From a virus: DNA of 64,000 nucleotides. The stretch spans positions 1-64,000 of IMG/VR virus record IMGVR_UViG_3300009788_000096. The stretch is one strand, 5' to 3'. Shown piece after piece: positions 47,026 through 56,898 of this stretch. How positions within the stretch are numbered: the first letter of the stretch is position 1; each line of letters starts with the position of its first letter. The notes under the pieces are model-generated. The model did not search any database and was not told the origin of the DNA. It saw nothing but the letters and a program-made list of their open reading frames with translations. A program made the position numbers and the translations under genes.

Positions 47026-47465
47026 GAAAGTTCAAATTTTTAATCTTCATTATGTTTATGGTGTTCGCCTTTTCATTTCCAGCTCTGGCCGATATTAATA
47101 AGGAATTTACTTTCGCTTGGGAACAGAATGTGGATGATCTTCCCCAAATGAAAGAGTGGAGAATGTATTGGTCGGATGCGGCAGGCGGTCCGTACACTGC
47201 GGTTCTTGATACGGACGGGAATCCAATTATTATTCCTTATGATCCTTTGGATCCCGACGGAATTTATGATTCGACACAAATAATGATAGTGCCCGGAACA
47301 CCCGGAACAACTGTAACGAAGTACTTCGTCTTGACTGCGGTCGATCAGTCGGATAATGAATCCGATTATAGCGCCGAAGCAATTGACGATAGCACTGGAA
47401 ACGGTTGGGTTGAAATTAGAATTCCCTTGGGTAGACCTTTTAGCTTGCATATCATTATGCAATAA
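47022..47465 (+). CDS. secreted FN3-like protein
   Basis: Signal peptide, TFAW..WRMY..GGPY..YFVLTAVD..NESDYS. Confidence 0.75.
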   Translation: MRKFKFLIFIMFMVFAFSFPALADINKEFTFAWEQNVDDLPQMKEWRMYWSDAAGGPYTAVLDTDGNPIIIPYDPLDPDGIYDSTQIMIVPGTPGTTVTKYFVLTAVDQSDNESDYSAEAIDDSTGNGWVEIRIPLGRPFSLHIIMQ

Positions 47466-47607
47466 CTAAAAGGGTAAGGTAAAACTTTGGCTCCCGTCCT
47501 TAGGTTCCTCCCTTTGCCGTTGAAGCATTTACTTGCCAATACGGGGACGGGAAGCCATTTAACTCCGCATTTGGGCTGATGAAGAATTGGGCTGGAAGGA
47601 ATTTGAA

Positions 47608-48000
47608 ATGGCACTGTCATGGAAGCGGAATGGAGACTGCGTTCGCTGCGGCTGGTGTTGTGAGAGAACACTTTATTATGACTATGAAGTAGAGGTTGGT
47701 AATAATGAAGCGATTATACTCTCACTTAAAAAATGCAATACAAACGACTCTTTTATTAAGAAGGTTAATACATGGATCGAAGCGCATGAAATGGTTTATG
47801 AAGATCGAAGAGTAGTCAAGATAGAGGTTGGTTGTGAATTTTTTAAGTGGAAGTATAATGACGGAATGAGGAAGGGATTCTGTACCGTTTATAAAGACAA
47901 AGAGAAAGGATGTCAATACGATAAAAGAAAATCTTTTCCAGAATCAGTCAATGATTTATCCGTAGAAAATACCTGCGGGTATACATTCGAAAAGAAGTAA
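47608..48000 (+). CDS. YkgJ-like CxxCxxCC (Fe-S/Zn) protein
   Basis: CVRCGWCC...CEFF...CTVY...FP...CGY. Confidence 0.7.
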   Translation: MALSWKRNGDCVRCGWCCERTLYYDYEVEVGNNEAIILSLKKCNTNDSFIKKVNTWIEAHEMVYEDRRVVKIEVGCEFFKWKYNDGMRKGFCTVYKDKEKGCQYDKRKSFPESVNDLSVENTCGYTFEKK

Positions 48001-48018
48001 TTCGAAAGGAATTGAGAA

Positions 48019-50769
48019 ATGACAATCCAAGAATTAGATATGGAAAATGGCGATTATGATTTGACTTCATTAATTACCGTGTTAACTCATATTCCCGATG
48101 CCGATAATGCTATGGAATGTCGAGCTCTCGTATTTTTTGGTGATGGCACTAAGAATCTTGATGGCACAGGTGGAAACTTCAATGTTGTCATAACTATTGG
48201 GAGTCAAACATTACAGCCCAGTCCGAAGGTTTATACCTTTGGAACGGAAGTACGATCTGCTCTCCGCACTGATCCATTTACTGTCCCCGCAAACGAACAA
48301 GTTATAGTCAAAGTTCTATCTCCAAATGGTGCTGATACAGATGTTGATGTCACAGCATATCTTCATAGTGACAATGTTGCAAACGACGTTTGGGATGAAT
48401 TACTTACAGGCGGAACTCATAATATTGCGACAAGCGCAGGACGCCGGCTCCGGACTTTACAAGATTTCGGTCTTTATGAAGGCGGAGCGGTATGGGTTGA
48501 TACGGTGAATGGTGTCGCCGGAACAGTCAATTTTGAAAACGGGGTAGTAAACAATCCTGTGGATAGCATTGCAGATGCGAAGACAATAGCAGACAGCATC
48601 GGGCTCAAAACAATCCATTTCCTTGCGGGATCGTCTGTAACTCTTGCAGAAGCATTTGACAGCTTTGTTTTTGAAGGAATGGCATATACGGTTGATTTAA
48701 ACGGACAGTCTGTTAATGGGACATGGTTTCAAAGAGCGACTATTGTTGGAAATGACGATGGTTCAAATACGATTCCGACACGTTATCTTCGTTGCATAAT
48801 GGGAAACAATACTCTCGGGTTATCATACCTTGGAGATTGTGCGTTTGAAGGGGATTTGGTGTTGGCGCAAGAGGGCACCTATATTACAGATCGTTGTTTG
48901 TCAGCAGTTGCCGGAACAGAAACTCCGTCCATTGATTTTCAAAACGAGAACGAAAATAAATATTTGAACATGCGCCATTATTCTGGAGGGATTGAAATTA
49001 AAAACTTTGGTCATGGGACAGCAGATCACCATATGTCACTTGAGGGTGATGGTCAGCTTGTCTTTAATTCGAATTGTTCAAATGCCAATGCCGGTGATGA
49101 ACTCGCTATTCGTGGAAATTTTACTATCACTGATAATGTAGGTGGTGGATGGGCTGGCACATTATCTGATGATGCCAGATTTGACTCTGTGGAATTAGTG
49201 GATAACGTTTGGGATGAATTACTTACGGGTGGAGCGCATAATATTCCGACTTCTGCGGGAAGAAGATTGCGCGAAATTGCAGGCACTGTTATTGCTTCTG
49301 ATATTGCGCAAGGTCCGGGCACTGGAAACAATCAAATTCAATTGGCTGCCGCCGCTTCCGCAGTTGACGGCGCTTATGATCCAGCGATGGTTGTAATAAT
49401 GTTAGGGACAGGAGCAGGACAAAGCCGATTAATTTATGAGTATGACGGCGCAACCAAAATTGCAACTGTAGATCGAAATTGGAAAGTAAATCCAAGTACC
49501 GATAGTGAATATGTTCTCTTCGGCCATCCAGGAAGAGAACACGTTAACGAAGGACTTGCTCAAGCCGGATCAACGAGCAGCACGATTAAGTTAAATTCAC
49601 TGGCAAGTGATCAAGATAATATTTACAATGGGCAGATGGTTTTTATCCGGTCAGGTACTGGAGAAGATCAGGTTGGGCTTGTGAAGTCATACGTTGGAGG
49701 TACTAAAGTTGCAACGATGTGGGATAACTGGGGCGTAACACCTGACGGTACAAGCGGTTACGTAATGATGCCGATGGATATGCGACCAGAAACCATAGCA
49801 AGAGGAGTTTGGGATAGATTAGTTGCGAGTCATTTAACTTCTGGAAGCGCAGGTTTGGCTCTGATGCATACCACTTATGGTAGTGTAGTTCATATTGATA
49901 CGGTTGGCGGCAGTGCAGGTACAACGTATCCAAAAGGCACAGTTGAAGATCCAGTGGATAATTATGCCGATGCAAAGATAATAGCGACAACGTATGGTTT
50001 AGAAGAGTTTCACTTGCTCAGCAATTTGACTCTTGGAGCTTCTGATAATGCAGATAATTTTAAATTTTCCGCTCCGACTGGTATTAATATTATATTAACA
50101 GTAACTTCAGGTTGCAGTACAATCAATACAACTTTTGAACGATTGGTTCTAACAGGCACATTAGATGGTGGTGTTTGGATAGAACGATGTAGTATTGCGG
50201 GACTGAATGACATTCAAGGATTTGTACTTGAATGTATATTTTTGGCAAATAGTTCTCTTACTGGTCCTTCTTCTACAGTAATGTATAATTGTGGCACCGC
50301 AGTAGTAGCCCCACCGATTACATTGGGTTTAAACAGTTCACCACTAACTATGGCAGGTTGGAAAGGCGGACTAAAAATAGGAAGCAAAATTGGTTCTCAA
50401 AATATTATAATAGATTTATTGTCCGGCACTTTGGAAATTGCTTCAACTTGCACTGCTGGAAAAATAATTGTCAAAGGCATTGGGCATATAACAGCAGATA
50501 ACTCAGGTGCTAACTGCATTATAGACACCACCGATTTAATAAAGGCAAGTCATATTGACTTCATGAAAAATATAGAAGGCGGACGTTGGAGAATTAATCA
50601 TATAACTCATCAAATGTTATTCTACAAAGAAGATAATGTTACGGAAGTTGCGCGGTTTAATTTATTTGATCATGCTGGAATCCCAGCGTCTGAAAACGTA
50701 TACGAAAGAGTTCGAGTGACAACCACAACAACTACAACAACCACTACTACTACCACAACATCAAGTTAG
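48019..50769 (+). CDS. large repetitive virion protein with C-terminal poly-Thr
   Basis: VWDELLTGGxHNIxTSAGRRLR x2, duplicated VxxDTVxGxAGT..GxVxxPVD blocks; ends TTTTTTTTTTTTTTSS. Confidence 0.75.
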   Translation: MTIQELDMENGDYDLTSLITVLTHIPDADNAMECRALVFFGDGTKNLDGTGGNFNVVITIGSQTLQPSPKVYTFGTEVRSALRTDPFTVPANEQVIVKVLSPNGADTDVDVTAYLHSDNVANDVWDELLTGGTHNIATSAGRRLRTLQDFGLYEGGAVWVDTVNGVAGTVNFENGVVNNPVDSIADAKTIADSIGLKTIHFLAGSSVTLAEAFDSFVFEGMAYTVDLNGQSVNGTWFQRATIVGNDDGSNTIPTRYLRCIMGNNTLGLSYLGDCAFEGDLVLAQEGTYITDRCLSAVAGTETPSIDFQNENENKYLNMRHYSGGIEIKNFGHGTADHHMSLEGDGQLVFNSNCSNANAGDELAIRGNFTITDNVGGGWAGTLSDDARFDSVELVDNVWDELLTGGAHNIPTSAGRRLREIAGTVIASDIAQGPGTGNNQIQLAAAASAVDGAYDPAMVVIMLGTGAGQSRLIYEYDGATKIATVDRNWKVNPSTDSEYVLFGHPGREHVNEGLAQAGSTSSTIKLNSLASDQDNIYNGQMVFIRSGTGEDQVGLVKSYVGGTKVATMWDNWGVTPDGTSGYVMMPMDMRPETIARGVWDRLVASHLTSGSAGLALMHTTYGSVVHIDTVGGSAGTTYPKGTVEDPVDNYADAKIIATTYGLEEFHLLSNLTLGASDNADNFKFSAPTGINIILTVTSGCSTINTTFERLVLTGTLDGGVWIERCSIAGLNDIQGFVLECIFLANSSLTGPSSTVMYNCGTAVVAPPITLGLNSSPLTMAGWKGGLKIGSKIGSQNIIIDLLSGTLEIASTCTAGKIIVKGIGHITADNSGANCIIDTTDLIKASHIDFMKNIEGGRWRINHITHQMLFYKEDNVTEVARFNLFDHAGIPASENVYERVRVTTTTTTTTTTTTTTSS

Positions 50770-50774
50770 GAGAT

Positions 50775-51404
50775 ATGATGGCAGTTAAAAGACAAAGTTT
50801 AAAAGGAATTGGAAAGAAGAAGAAAGCTCGCAAAGCGGCAGCTGCACAAGGGCAAATGACGCGATGGTTGAAGCCGACTGGGAATTGGAGCATGGCATGG
50901 GATGTATCAATTACTACAGGCACAGATATTACTCCCAGCGAAAGATTAAAGGAAAAATACACTTGGTGGGATGATAAGTATAGCATCGTTGCGCAGGAAG
51001 TCGCTGCTCCTCCGGGATTCGGGATTTCCTTTAAGTTTAAACCTGTTCCCAAAACACATGACTTTTATGTTGACTTCGTTGGTCATTATACTGGTACGCA
51101 TTCCGGCCCACATTTCCCGCGTGTTGAAATTTGGGATTATAATACGACTGCATGGGTTGATACAGGTATAGAACTGGATCTCACCATGAGCGAAGATCAA
51201 AGTCTTACTTCTAACCTTATAGATAAAACCGGAGATTGGTGGGAAGCAGTAACCGATAATGTCTGGTTACAACTTGCGCATCCTAATGTTGCTGGTAATG
51301 CAGCTCATGAGATTCATGTAACCAAAATGGGCTTGAGGCAAAAAATAGTAATAACAACCACAACCACTACAACGACTACGACAACCACAACGACATCGAG
51401 TTAA
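50775..51404 (+). CDS. protein with basic N-terminus and C-terminal poly-Thr
   Basis: AGGAG SD; ends ITTTTTTTTTTTTTTSS. Confidence 0.7.
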   Translation: MMAVKRQSLKGIGKKKKARKAAAAQGQMTRWLKPTGNWSMAWDVSITTGTDITPSERLKEKYTWWDDKYSIVAQEVAAPPGFGISFKFKPVPKTHDFYVDFVGHYTGTHSGPHFPRVEIWDYNTTAWVDTGIELDLTMSEDQSLTSNLIDKTGDWWEAVTDNVWLQLAHPNVAGNAAHEIHVTKMGLRQKIVITTTTTTTTTTTTTTSS

Positions 51405-51413
51405 GGAGCCATT

Positions 51414-52088
51414 ATGAAAAAGAGAAAAATATTTGTCGCTGCAATGGGCGGGCATGGGACAACCTATATTCAAAAGCATATAGGCCGTTGTGCTAAACGA
51501 CCGGATGTATGTTGGGGTGAAGGGTTGAATATTAAAAAATATCCAGAAGTAATGAAGGATATGCCGGTCGTCGTGAAAGCGAATATCTGGAGGCGACGGA
51601 CAAGAGGCCACGAGTTAAATCCAGAATACACAATAGAAGAAAACTTTGTCAGGATGATTGATTGGACAAAAGAAGATTGGATCTTATTTTCCGGTTGGTG
51701 TTCGATGAAGTCAATGTTTTTAACGGATAATGATATCGCTGCGTTCTGTCTGGTTCGCCATCCTCTTCACGCCTATGTTTCTTACTTCGGCCATCAACAC
51801 CCCAACCATTGTAGAACGCTTGGCGGCTTCAATACTGCCGCTGCGGTTCGCAAGTGGACGGGTCAATGGAATTCCATTATCTCAGATTTCTTGGCCTCGC
51901 CTGGCAAGATAGTCAGATATGAATACTTCTATAAAGACCTTCGTTATTACAAATATATTCGCGATCGGCTTTATCGTTTTGATACAACCAAAAGAAATTA
52001 CAGGGAGTTAAAGAAACCATTAGTCAAGGAACTTAAAGAGCAGGTGTCTGATAACTTCTTCCAAATATATAAGGAGTGGAAGATATGA
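51414..52088 (+). CDS. sulfotransferase-like P-loop protein
   Basis: GGHGTT (5'-PSB-like), LVRHPLHAYVSY (3'-PB-like), IVRYE. Confidence 0.65.
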   Translation: MKKRKIFVAAMGGHGTTYIQKHIGRCAKRPDVCWGEGLNIKKYPEVMKDMPVVVKANIWRRRTRGHELNPEYTIEENFVRMIDWTKEDWILFSGWCSMKSMFLTDNDIAAFCLVRHPLHAYVSYFGHQHPNHCRTLGGFNTAAAVRKWTGQWNSIISDFLASPGKIVRYEYFYKDLRYYKYIRDRLYRFDTTKRNYRELKKPLVKELKEQVSDNFFQIYKEWKI

Positions 52089-52234
52089 GTAAAGTTTTAA
52101 TTATTACAAAAGGTTTCGGAAAGGAACAGACCCTTGTTGTAAAAGGGTTCGGCGAGATGGGCATTATTTATGCCCGCAAGGCGATCCACATTTTCAGAAA
52201 AATCATACGGAAGGGGATAAGACATGGCAATTGA
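52085..52234 (+). CDS. small hypothetical protein (KGFG x2)
   Basis: AGGAG SD, ATGA overlap. Confidence 0.5.
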   Translation: MSKVLIITKGFGKEQTLVVKGFGEMGIIYARKAIHIFRKIIRKGIRHGN

Positions 52235-52562
52235 AAGTTTTAGAAAGCAGTCATGGGAAGAGTGGGTTATTGCCGGCTCTATCGAAGATGTTGTAGATGC
52301 GGGAGAAACGATTGATTTGGCAAATAGCACCATCAAAGCATGGCAATGGGATGATCTTGTAACGGAGGTTACAACAACTGTAGTTGAAATCCTTACAAAA
52401 GCGAAAGATGATGTTAAGCATTATCTTAAAGTCCGAGTCAAAGGAGGCAGCGCTATCGCAGGCACAGCTAATCCGGGTGTTTATAAGATTACGTTTTATA
52501 TTATTACGAGTCTTTTAAACAAATATGAAATTGACGTTAAAATGAAAATATGGGAAACTTAA
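52224..52562 (+). CDS. virion protein (Ig-like/fibre adaptor type)
   Basis: FRKQSWEE..GETI..VRVKGG..YKITF. Confidence 0.65.
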   Translation: MAIESFRKQSWEEWVIAGSIEDVVDAGETIDLANSTIKAWQWDDLVTEVTTTVVEILTKAKDDVKHYLKVRVKGGSAIAGTANPGVYKITFYIITSLLNKYEIDVKMKIWET

Positions 52563-52563
52563 A

Positions 52564-52698
52564 ATGGCAACTACTACCACTACAACAACAACGACCACTT
52601 CTACGACGACGACAACAATAATTCCGTCTGGCGATCCTAAATTGATTTTTATACATGATGAAGTCAAAAAAGTTTTCAAATATCAAAAGAAAGAATAA
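52564..52698 (+). CDS. 44-aa protein with N-terminal poly-Thr
   Basis: MATTTTTTTTTTSTTTTTIIPSGDPKL...; coupled to the upstream stop codon. Confidence 0.6.
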   Translation: MATTTTTTTTTTSTTTTTIIPSGDPKLIFIHDEVKKVFKYQKKE

Positions 52699-52813
52699 GT
52701 TTTTAAATTTAAAACGAAACAGTTATAAAATGAGTTATAATATATTATAGAAATGTCTTCAATAATGAAGACAAACCGCCACTCATAACCGTGACCCCAT
52801 AGGGGAATCACAA

Positions 52814-54157
52814 ATGAAAAGGAGAAGTCAAATGTTTAAACCTCAGAACGTAGCCATCCTCACCAACTTCCAAGATTTCAATCCCGGCTATTCCCTGTCA
52901 GGAATCGTAGCGGACCAATGTATAATGCTTGATCGCTACGGCCACAAAGTTCATCTTTATACTTGTGATAGTTATAATGATGAATTCGATGATGTTGACC
53001 TGCCATGTGAAGTACACCGAAAAATTCCGTTTTGTCACCTTACCGATTACAAAGAGGAAAAGGATTTTTCCAAGGAACACGAGATGTATGGCAAAACGTT
53101 GAAGAATGTTTTGGTGGAAGAATTCAAGACGAAGAAAATCGAGATTGCTTTTACTCATGATTGGATTTTCACCGGATGGAATCTTCCGTTTTCTTATGGT
53201 ATCCGCCTTGCCAACCCACATCTGGGTGGAGTCAATTGGATGCATTGGGTTCATAGCGTTCCTTCTGATCTTGAATATCCGCAAGGTAGGGATTGGTGGG
53301 ATATTAGGAGATATGGCCCGAATCATAAAATTATTTTCCCCAATGCCATCGAAAGAACCCGGGTGGCCGAACAGTTTAAAGGACAAATTGATGATGTCCG
53401 TATAATCCCGCATATCAAGGATCTGCGAACATGGTATGACTTTGATGAGGAAACATGGGAATTCATAGATGACTTCCCCGGCGTAATGCAAGCGGACATT
53501 GTGCAAATCTATCCGGCTTCCACTGATCGTCTTCGTGCGAAACAGATCGACATGGTTGCAAATCTTTTTGCTCGCTTTAAAGAAAAAGGTTTTACTGTTT
53601 GTCTTGTCGTTGCAAACCAATGGGCAACCGAAAAAGAGCAGGAAAAAGATATCCAAAACTTTTTGGATCTTGCACCTAAACTGGGATTGAAGCCAAATGA
53701 AGAATTGATCTTTACTTCGGCATGGAAAGATGGCAAGTATAATACCGGTCTACCGAAGAAGATATTGAGGGAGCTGCAATTATGTTCCAATATTTTCGTC
53801 TTCCCAACGGTAGAGGAATCATTTGGTCTGGTTGGACCGGAGGCTGCGCTTGGTGGTAACTTCATGGTTCTAAACAAAAGTCTTTATATGATGTTCGAGA
53901 TATTTGGGAACTCTGGACTTTACTGTGATTTCGGTTCCTACCATAACATCTTCGATCCTAAAAATATTGGAATTACTATGGATCAATATCTGGCAGGGGT
54001 TTGTAATCTGATTCTGGGGAGGTTTTCACAGAATGAAGTATTTCAAACCCGGACTTGGTGTCGAAGAGTTTATAATATGGATAACCTATATAATCAAGTC
54101 TACCAACCGTTGATGGCAGAGTCCCGTCTGTGGGGCTTCCCCACCAAAGCATTATAA
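52814..54157 (+). CDS. GT-B (GT4-like) glycosyltransferase
   Basis: NIFVFPTVEESFGLVGPEA (ExxGxxxxEA). Confidence 0.85.
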   Translation: MKRRSQMFKPQNVAILTNFQDFNPGYSLSGIVADQCIMLDRYGHKVHLYTCDSYNDEFDDVDLPCEVHRKIPFCHLTDYKEEKDFSKEHEMYGKTLKNVLVEEFKTKKIEIAFTHDWIFTGWNLPFSYGIRLANPHLGGVNWMHWVHSVPSDLEYPQGRDWWDIRRYGPNHKIIFPNAIERTRVAEQFKGQIDDVRIIPHIKDLRTWYDFDEETWEFIDDFPGVMQADIVQIYPASTDRLRAKQIDMVANLFARFKEKGFTVCLVVANQWATEKEQEKDIQNFLDLAPKLGLKPNEELIFTSAWKDGKYNTGLPKKILRELQLCSNIFVFPTVEESFGLVGPEAALGGNFMVLNKSLYMMFEIFGNSGLYCDFGSYHNIFDPKNIGITMDQYLAGVCNLILGRFSQNEVFQTRTWCRRVYNMDNLYNQVYQPLMAESRLWGFPTKAL

Positions 54158-54167
54158 GGAGGCAAAG

Positions 54168-55388
54168 ATGGAGATAACCATTAAGTCATTTAACGGCATT
54201 GGTGATTTACTTTTTGTAACTCCAACGCTGAAAGTAATTAAGGAGGCCTATCCTGATTGTCATATAACAGTCAATACTAATTATCCGGACTTGTTGGAGG
54301 ACAATCCAAACGTTGACGTGATTGGATCTGAGAACGTAGGAACGTTTCTGGGGTACGATGATCCAATTCACCAGAAATGGCCGACAGCGCATCATATATT
54401 AAAGGACTGGCATATAATCTGTGAAGAATATGGCCTGCATACTGATAAGCCAGCGCTGCAACCAGAACTTTATCTTAATTTTATGACGGCACTGGATGTG
54501 CTTGAAAAACATCGATCCCCAATAGGAGTGCAAATTATACACAAGGGGCATTGGCATGCAAAAAAGATTTGGCCTAAATTTGATTATCTTTCGCGGCTCC
54601 CTAAGTTTGTGCCAATTCCAAAGGTGCCTTCGATTAAGGATTTGATTTACTTCATTGCTTGTTGCAAGGCGGTAGTATGCGCTGAAGGTGGAATCTCACA
54701 TATCGCAAAGGCAGTAGGAACACCAGCGATAGTCATTTACGGAGGCTTTGCCAAACCGGAATGGAATGGTTATGAAGATCAAATAAATGTTTGCAATGAA
54801 AAATGGTGTTCCTATTGTTACAACCCGAAACCATGCGAAAATGAAATTGAAAGAATTTGCATGAAAGAAATTTCAATCGAACACGTTTGCCGGCTGGCTG
54901 AAGGTTTGGAAAAGATTCCAGAGCTTGAACAACACAATGCAATGAAGTTTATAAAAGAAGATGCTTTATGTTGGTCAAGAACCTGCTCTTCCCATAGACC
55001 CGACATGTTAGATATCGGTGCTGGCAATAATCCCTTGCGTGGCGCGAGAGGGATAGATACAGGTAAAGATGAAGATGCTTATAACATCTACACAGCGGAT
55101 CGTTCGCAAGATTTTATCTTCTCTTCCCATTGCATCGAGCATTTGGATTATCCTTCTAAAGCTTTGAGAGAATGGAGCAGAGTGCTTCGTACCGGCGGTC
55201 TGCTTTATCTTTATTTCCCGTCGCCGGATTATATACCTTGGAGACAGAAGTCAATGCCGAAATGGCATAAGCATGATTTTCGCATTGAAAGTATTTTGGC
55301 AATGCTCCCCGACGATTTATACCCAATTGAAATCGCCCATACAGATTGGTTCTTCGGTCAAAAAATTATAGCGAGAAAGGAAAAGTAA
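54168..55388 (+). CDS. GT9-like glycosyltransferase fused to a SAM methyltransferase
   Basis: GIGDLLFVTP..EGGISHIAKAVGTP; LDIGAG..FSSHCIEH..RVLRTGG. Confidence 0.85.
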   Translation: MEITIKSFNGIGDLLFVTPTLKVIKEAYPDCHITVNTNYPDLLEDNPNVDVIGSENVGTFLGYDDPIHQKWPTAHHILKDWHIICEEYGLHTDKPALQPELYLNFMTALDVLEKHRSPIGVQIIHKGHWHAKKIWPKFDYLSRLPKFVPIPKVPSIKDLIYFIACCKAVVCAEGGISHIAKAVGTPAIVIYGGFAKPEWNGYEDQINVCNEKWCSYCYNPKPCENEIERICMKEISIEHVCRLAEGLEKIPELEQHNAMKFIKEDALCWSRTCSSHRPDMLDIGAGNNPLRGARGIDTGKDEDAYNIYTADRSQDFIFSSHCIEHLDYPSKALREWSRVLRTGGLLYLYFPSPDYIPWRQKSMPKWHKHDFRIESILAMLPDDLYPIEIAHTDWFFGQKIIARKEK

Positions 55389-55389
55389 A

Positions 55390-56172
55390 ATGGCTAAAAA
55401 AATGATCAAGAAGCAAAAACTTAAATGCACGGCGGAGGGTTACAAAGAAGCATTGAACCGGGTGAGGGCTGCGGAAGATCCTGTTGATGCGCTTTGCAAA
55501 TTTTATAATGAAACAGTCGGGATGAAAAAAGGCCGGACGGTTTTCGATACGCAATTTGTTCCGTTCATCGAGAAGTATGGATGTGACAGGGAAATAAGTT
55601 TGGAGATTGGCTATGGCCCCGGTTCTCTTGTGGCCGAAGCAGGGAAGCATTTCCGTGAGACATGGGGGATAGATGCTCATGAGGCACGGAATCTGGTTGG
55701 CCATTTGTTGGAAGCAAATGAATGCTATAACTATAAACTCCTTATCAGTCCTGATGGAAGAAGTATTCCCACGAAGAAAAATAACATTGACTTCATTTAT
55801 TCATGGACTGTTTTTATGCACTTCGGGAAAATCGGTATCGCCAGTGATTATCTTCGTGATGCCTATGCGGTTTTGAAACCGGGAGGTCTGGCGCTCATTT
55901 ACTTCTCCAGAATGTATCGAAGTCGAAAGCATGAAACAAAAGAGGAATGGCTGGCTGCAATTGAGCACGAAGAGGAAATGGAACGGTATCGAGAGATTAG
56001 TGGCAGTACAATCCAAAAGATTAATCTTCAAATCTCCATGCAGCAAATGGTTGATATGTGCGAATGTGTCGGTTTTGAAGTCTTGGAACGAACGGCATCG
56101 ACCAGAAGAATCGACGGAATACTTTGCCACCACGGTCAACATGGGGTAGTACTTCGAAAAGAAAAGGAGTAA
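55390..56172 (+). CDS. class I SAM-dependent methyltransferase
   Basis: LEIGYGPG, IDFIYSWTVFMH, VLKPGG. Confidence 0.85.
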   Translation: MAKKMIKKQKLKCTAEGYKEALNRVRAAEDPVDALCKFYNETVGMKKGRTVFDTQFVPFIEKYGCDREISLEIGYGPGSLVAEAGKHFRETWGIDAHEARNLVGHLLEANECYNYKLLISPDGRSIPTKKNNIDFIYSWTVFMHFGKIGIASDYLRDAYAVLKPGGLALIYFSRMYRSRKHETKEEWLAAIEHEEEMERYREISGSTIQKINLQISMQQMVDMCECVGFEVLERTASTRRIDGILCHHGQHGVVLRKEKE

Positions 56173-56175
56173 AAC

Positions 56176-56898
56176 ATGAGAGAAAAAGAAGTTGCAGTTG
56201 TGGCAATGCCAAGGACAGGCTCCACATATCTTTTTAGATGCTTGGCTGGTCTCAAGCATGCAGGTGGAAGTCCGAAAGGCGCCAACCTTGCAAAGCTTCC
56301 AATAATGAAGTGCCACAGTTTAGCTCCACCCGAAACTTTCGGTGATCCGTGGTCAAGCCAAATAAGTGAGCATTGTCTTAAAGGAAGAAAAGTCATTTGG
56401 CTTTTCGGTGATCCAATAGCTTCTGTCGTTTCCACAATGAAGAAAAGGTTTGACCATGTTCATGCGAAGAATTGTGGCTGCTTTAAACCGCTGGGGATGG
56501 TGGATCTGATAGATAGAGATGACTTTAACTATGAGTGGATGTTTGACTCATGGACATCTATCCGACATGACTTTCCCGTTTTATGTGTAAGGTATGAAAC
56601 CTTATGGAAAAACCGTTTTGTGATCGAATGGTTTCTGGGAAGAAAAGTCAAATGGAATGAGTGGAGTCCTCGGTCTAACAGGTGGACCACAGAAGAACTT
56701 CCAAACTTTCTTTCGAAAGCCTTAAATAAAACCTATTCAAGTTTGGTTGAAAAAGTTCAAATGCATCCGGATGTAACTTTAAATGGTGGAGATACATTGA
56801 GAATATCCGGGGATTTGGTAAGGATAGAAAAAGGCGTTGGATTTGGCAAAAACTATTTTTATGACTTAGTAAAAAAAGGAGAAACGGAAAATGGCTGA
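56176..56898 (+). CDS. sulfotransferase-like protein
   Basis: MPRTGSTYL, KCH, DPIASVVS, VRYETL. Confidence 0.75.
   Translation: MREKEVAVVAMPRTGSTYLFRCLAGLKHAGGSPKGANLAKLPIMKCHSLAPPETFGDPWSSQISEHCLKGRKVIWLFGDPIASVVSTMKKRFDHVHAKNCGCFKPLGMVDLIDRDDFNYEWMFDSWTSIRHDFPVLCVRYETLWKNRFVIEWFLGRKVKWNEWSPRSNRWTTEELPNFLSKALNKTYSSLVEKVQMHPDVTLNGGDTLRISGDLVRIEKGVGFGKNYFYDLVKKGETENG

Noticed and set aside
47470-47560. HDV-like ribozyme
   Set aside because: A TTCCTC loop is suggestive, but I could not build a consistent P1/P1.1/J4-2 arrangement.
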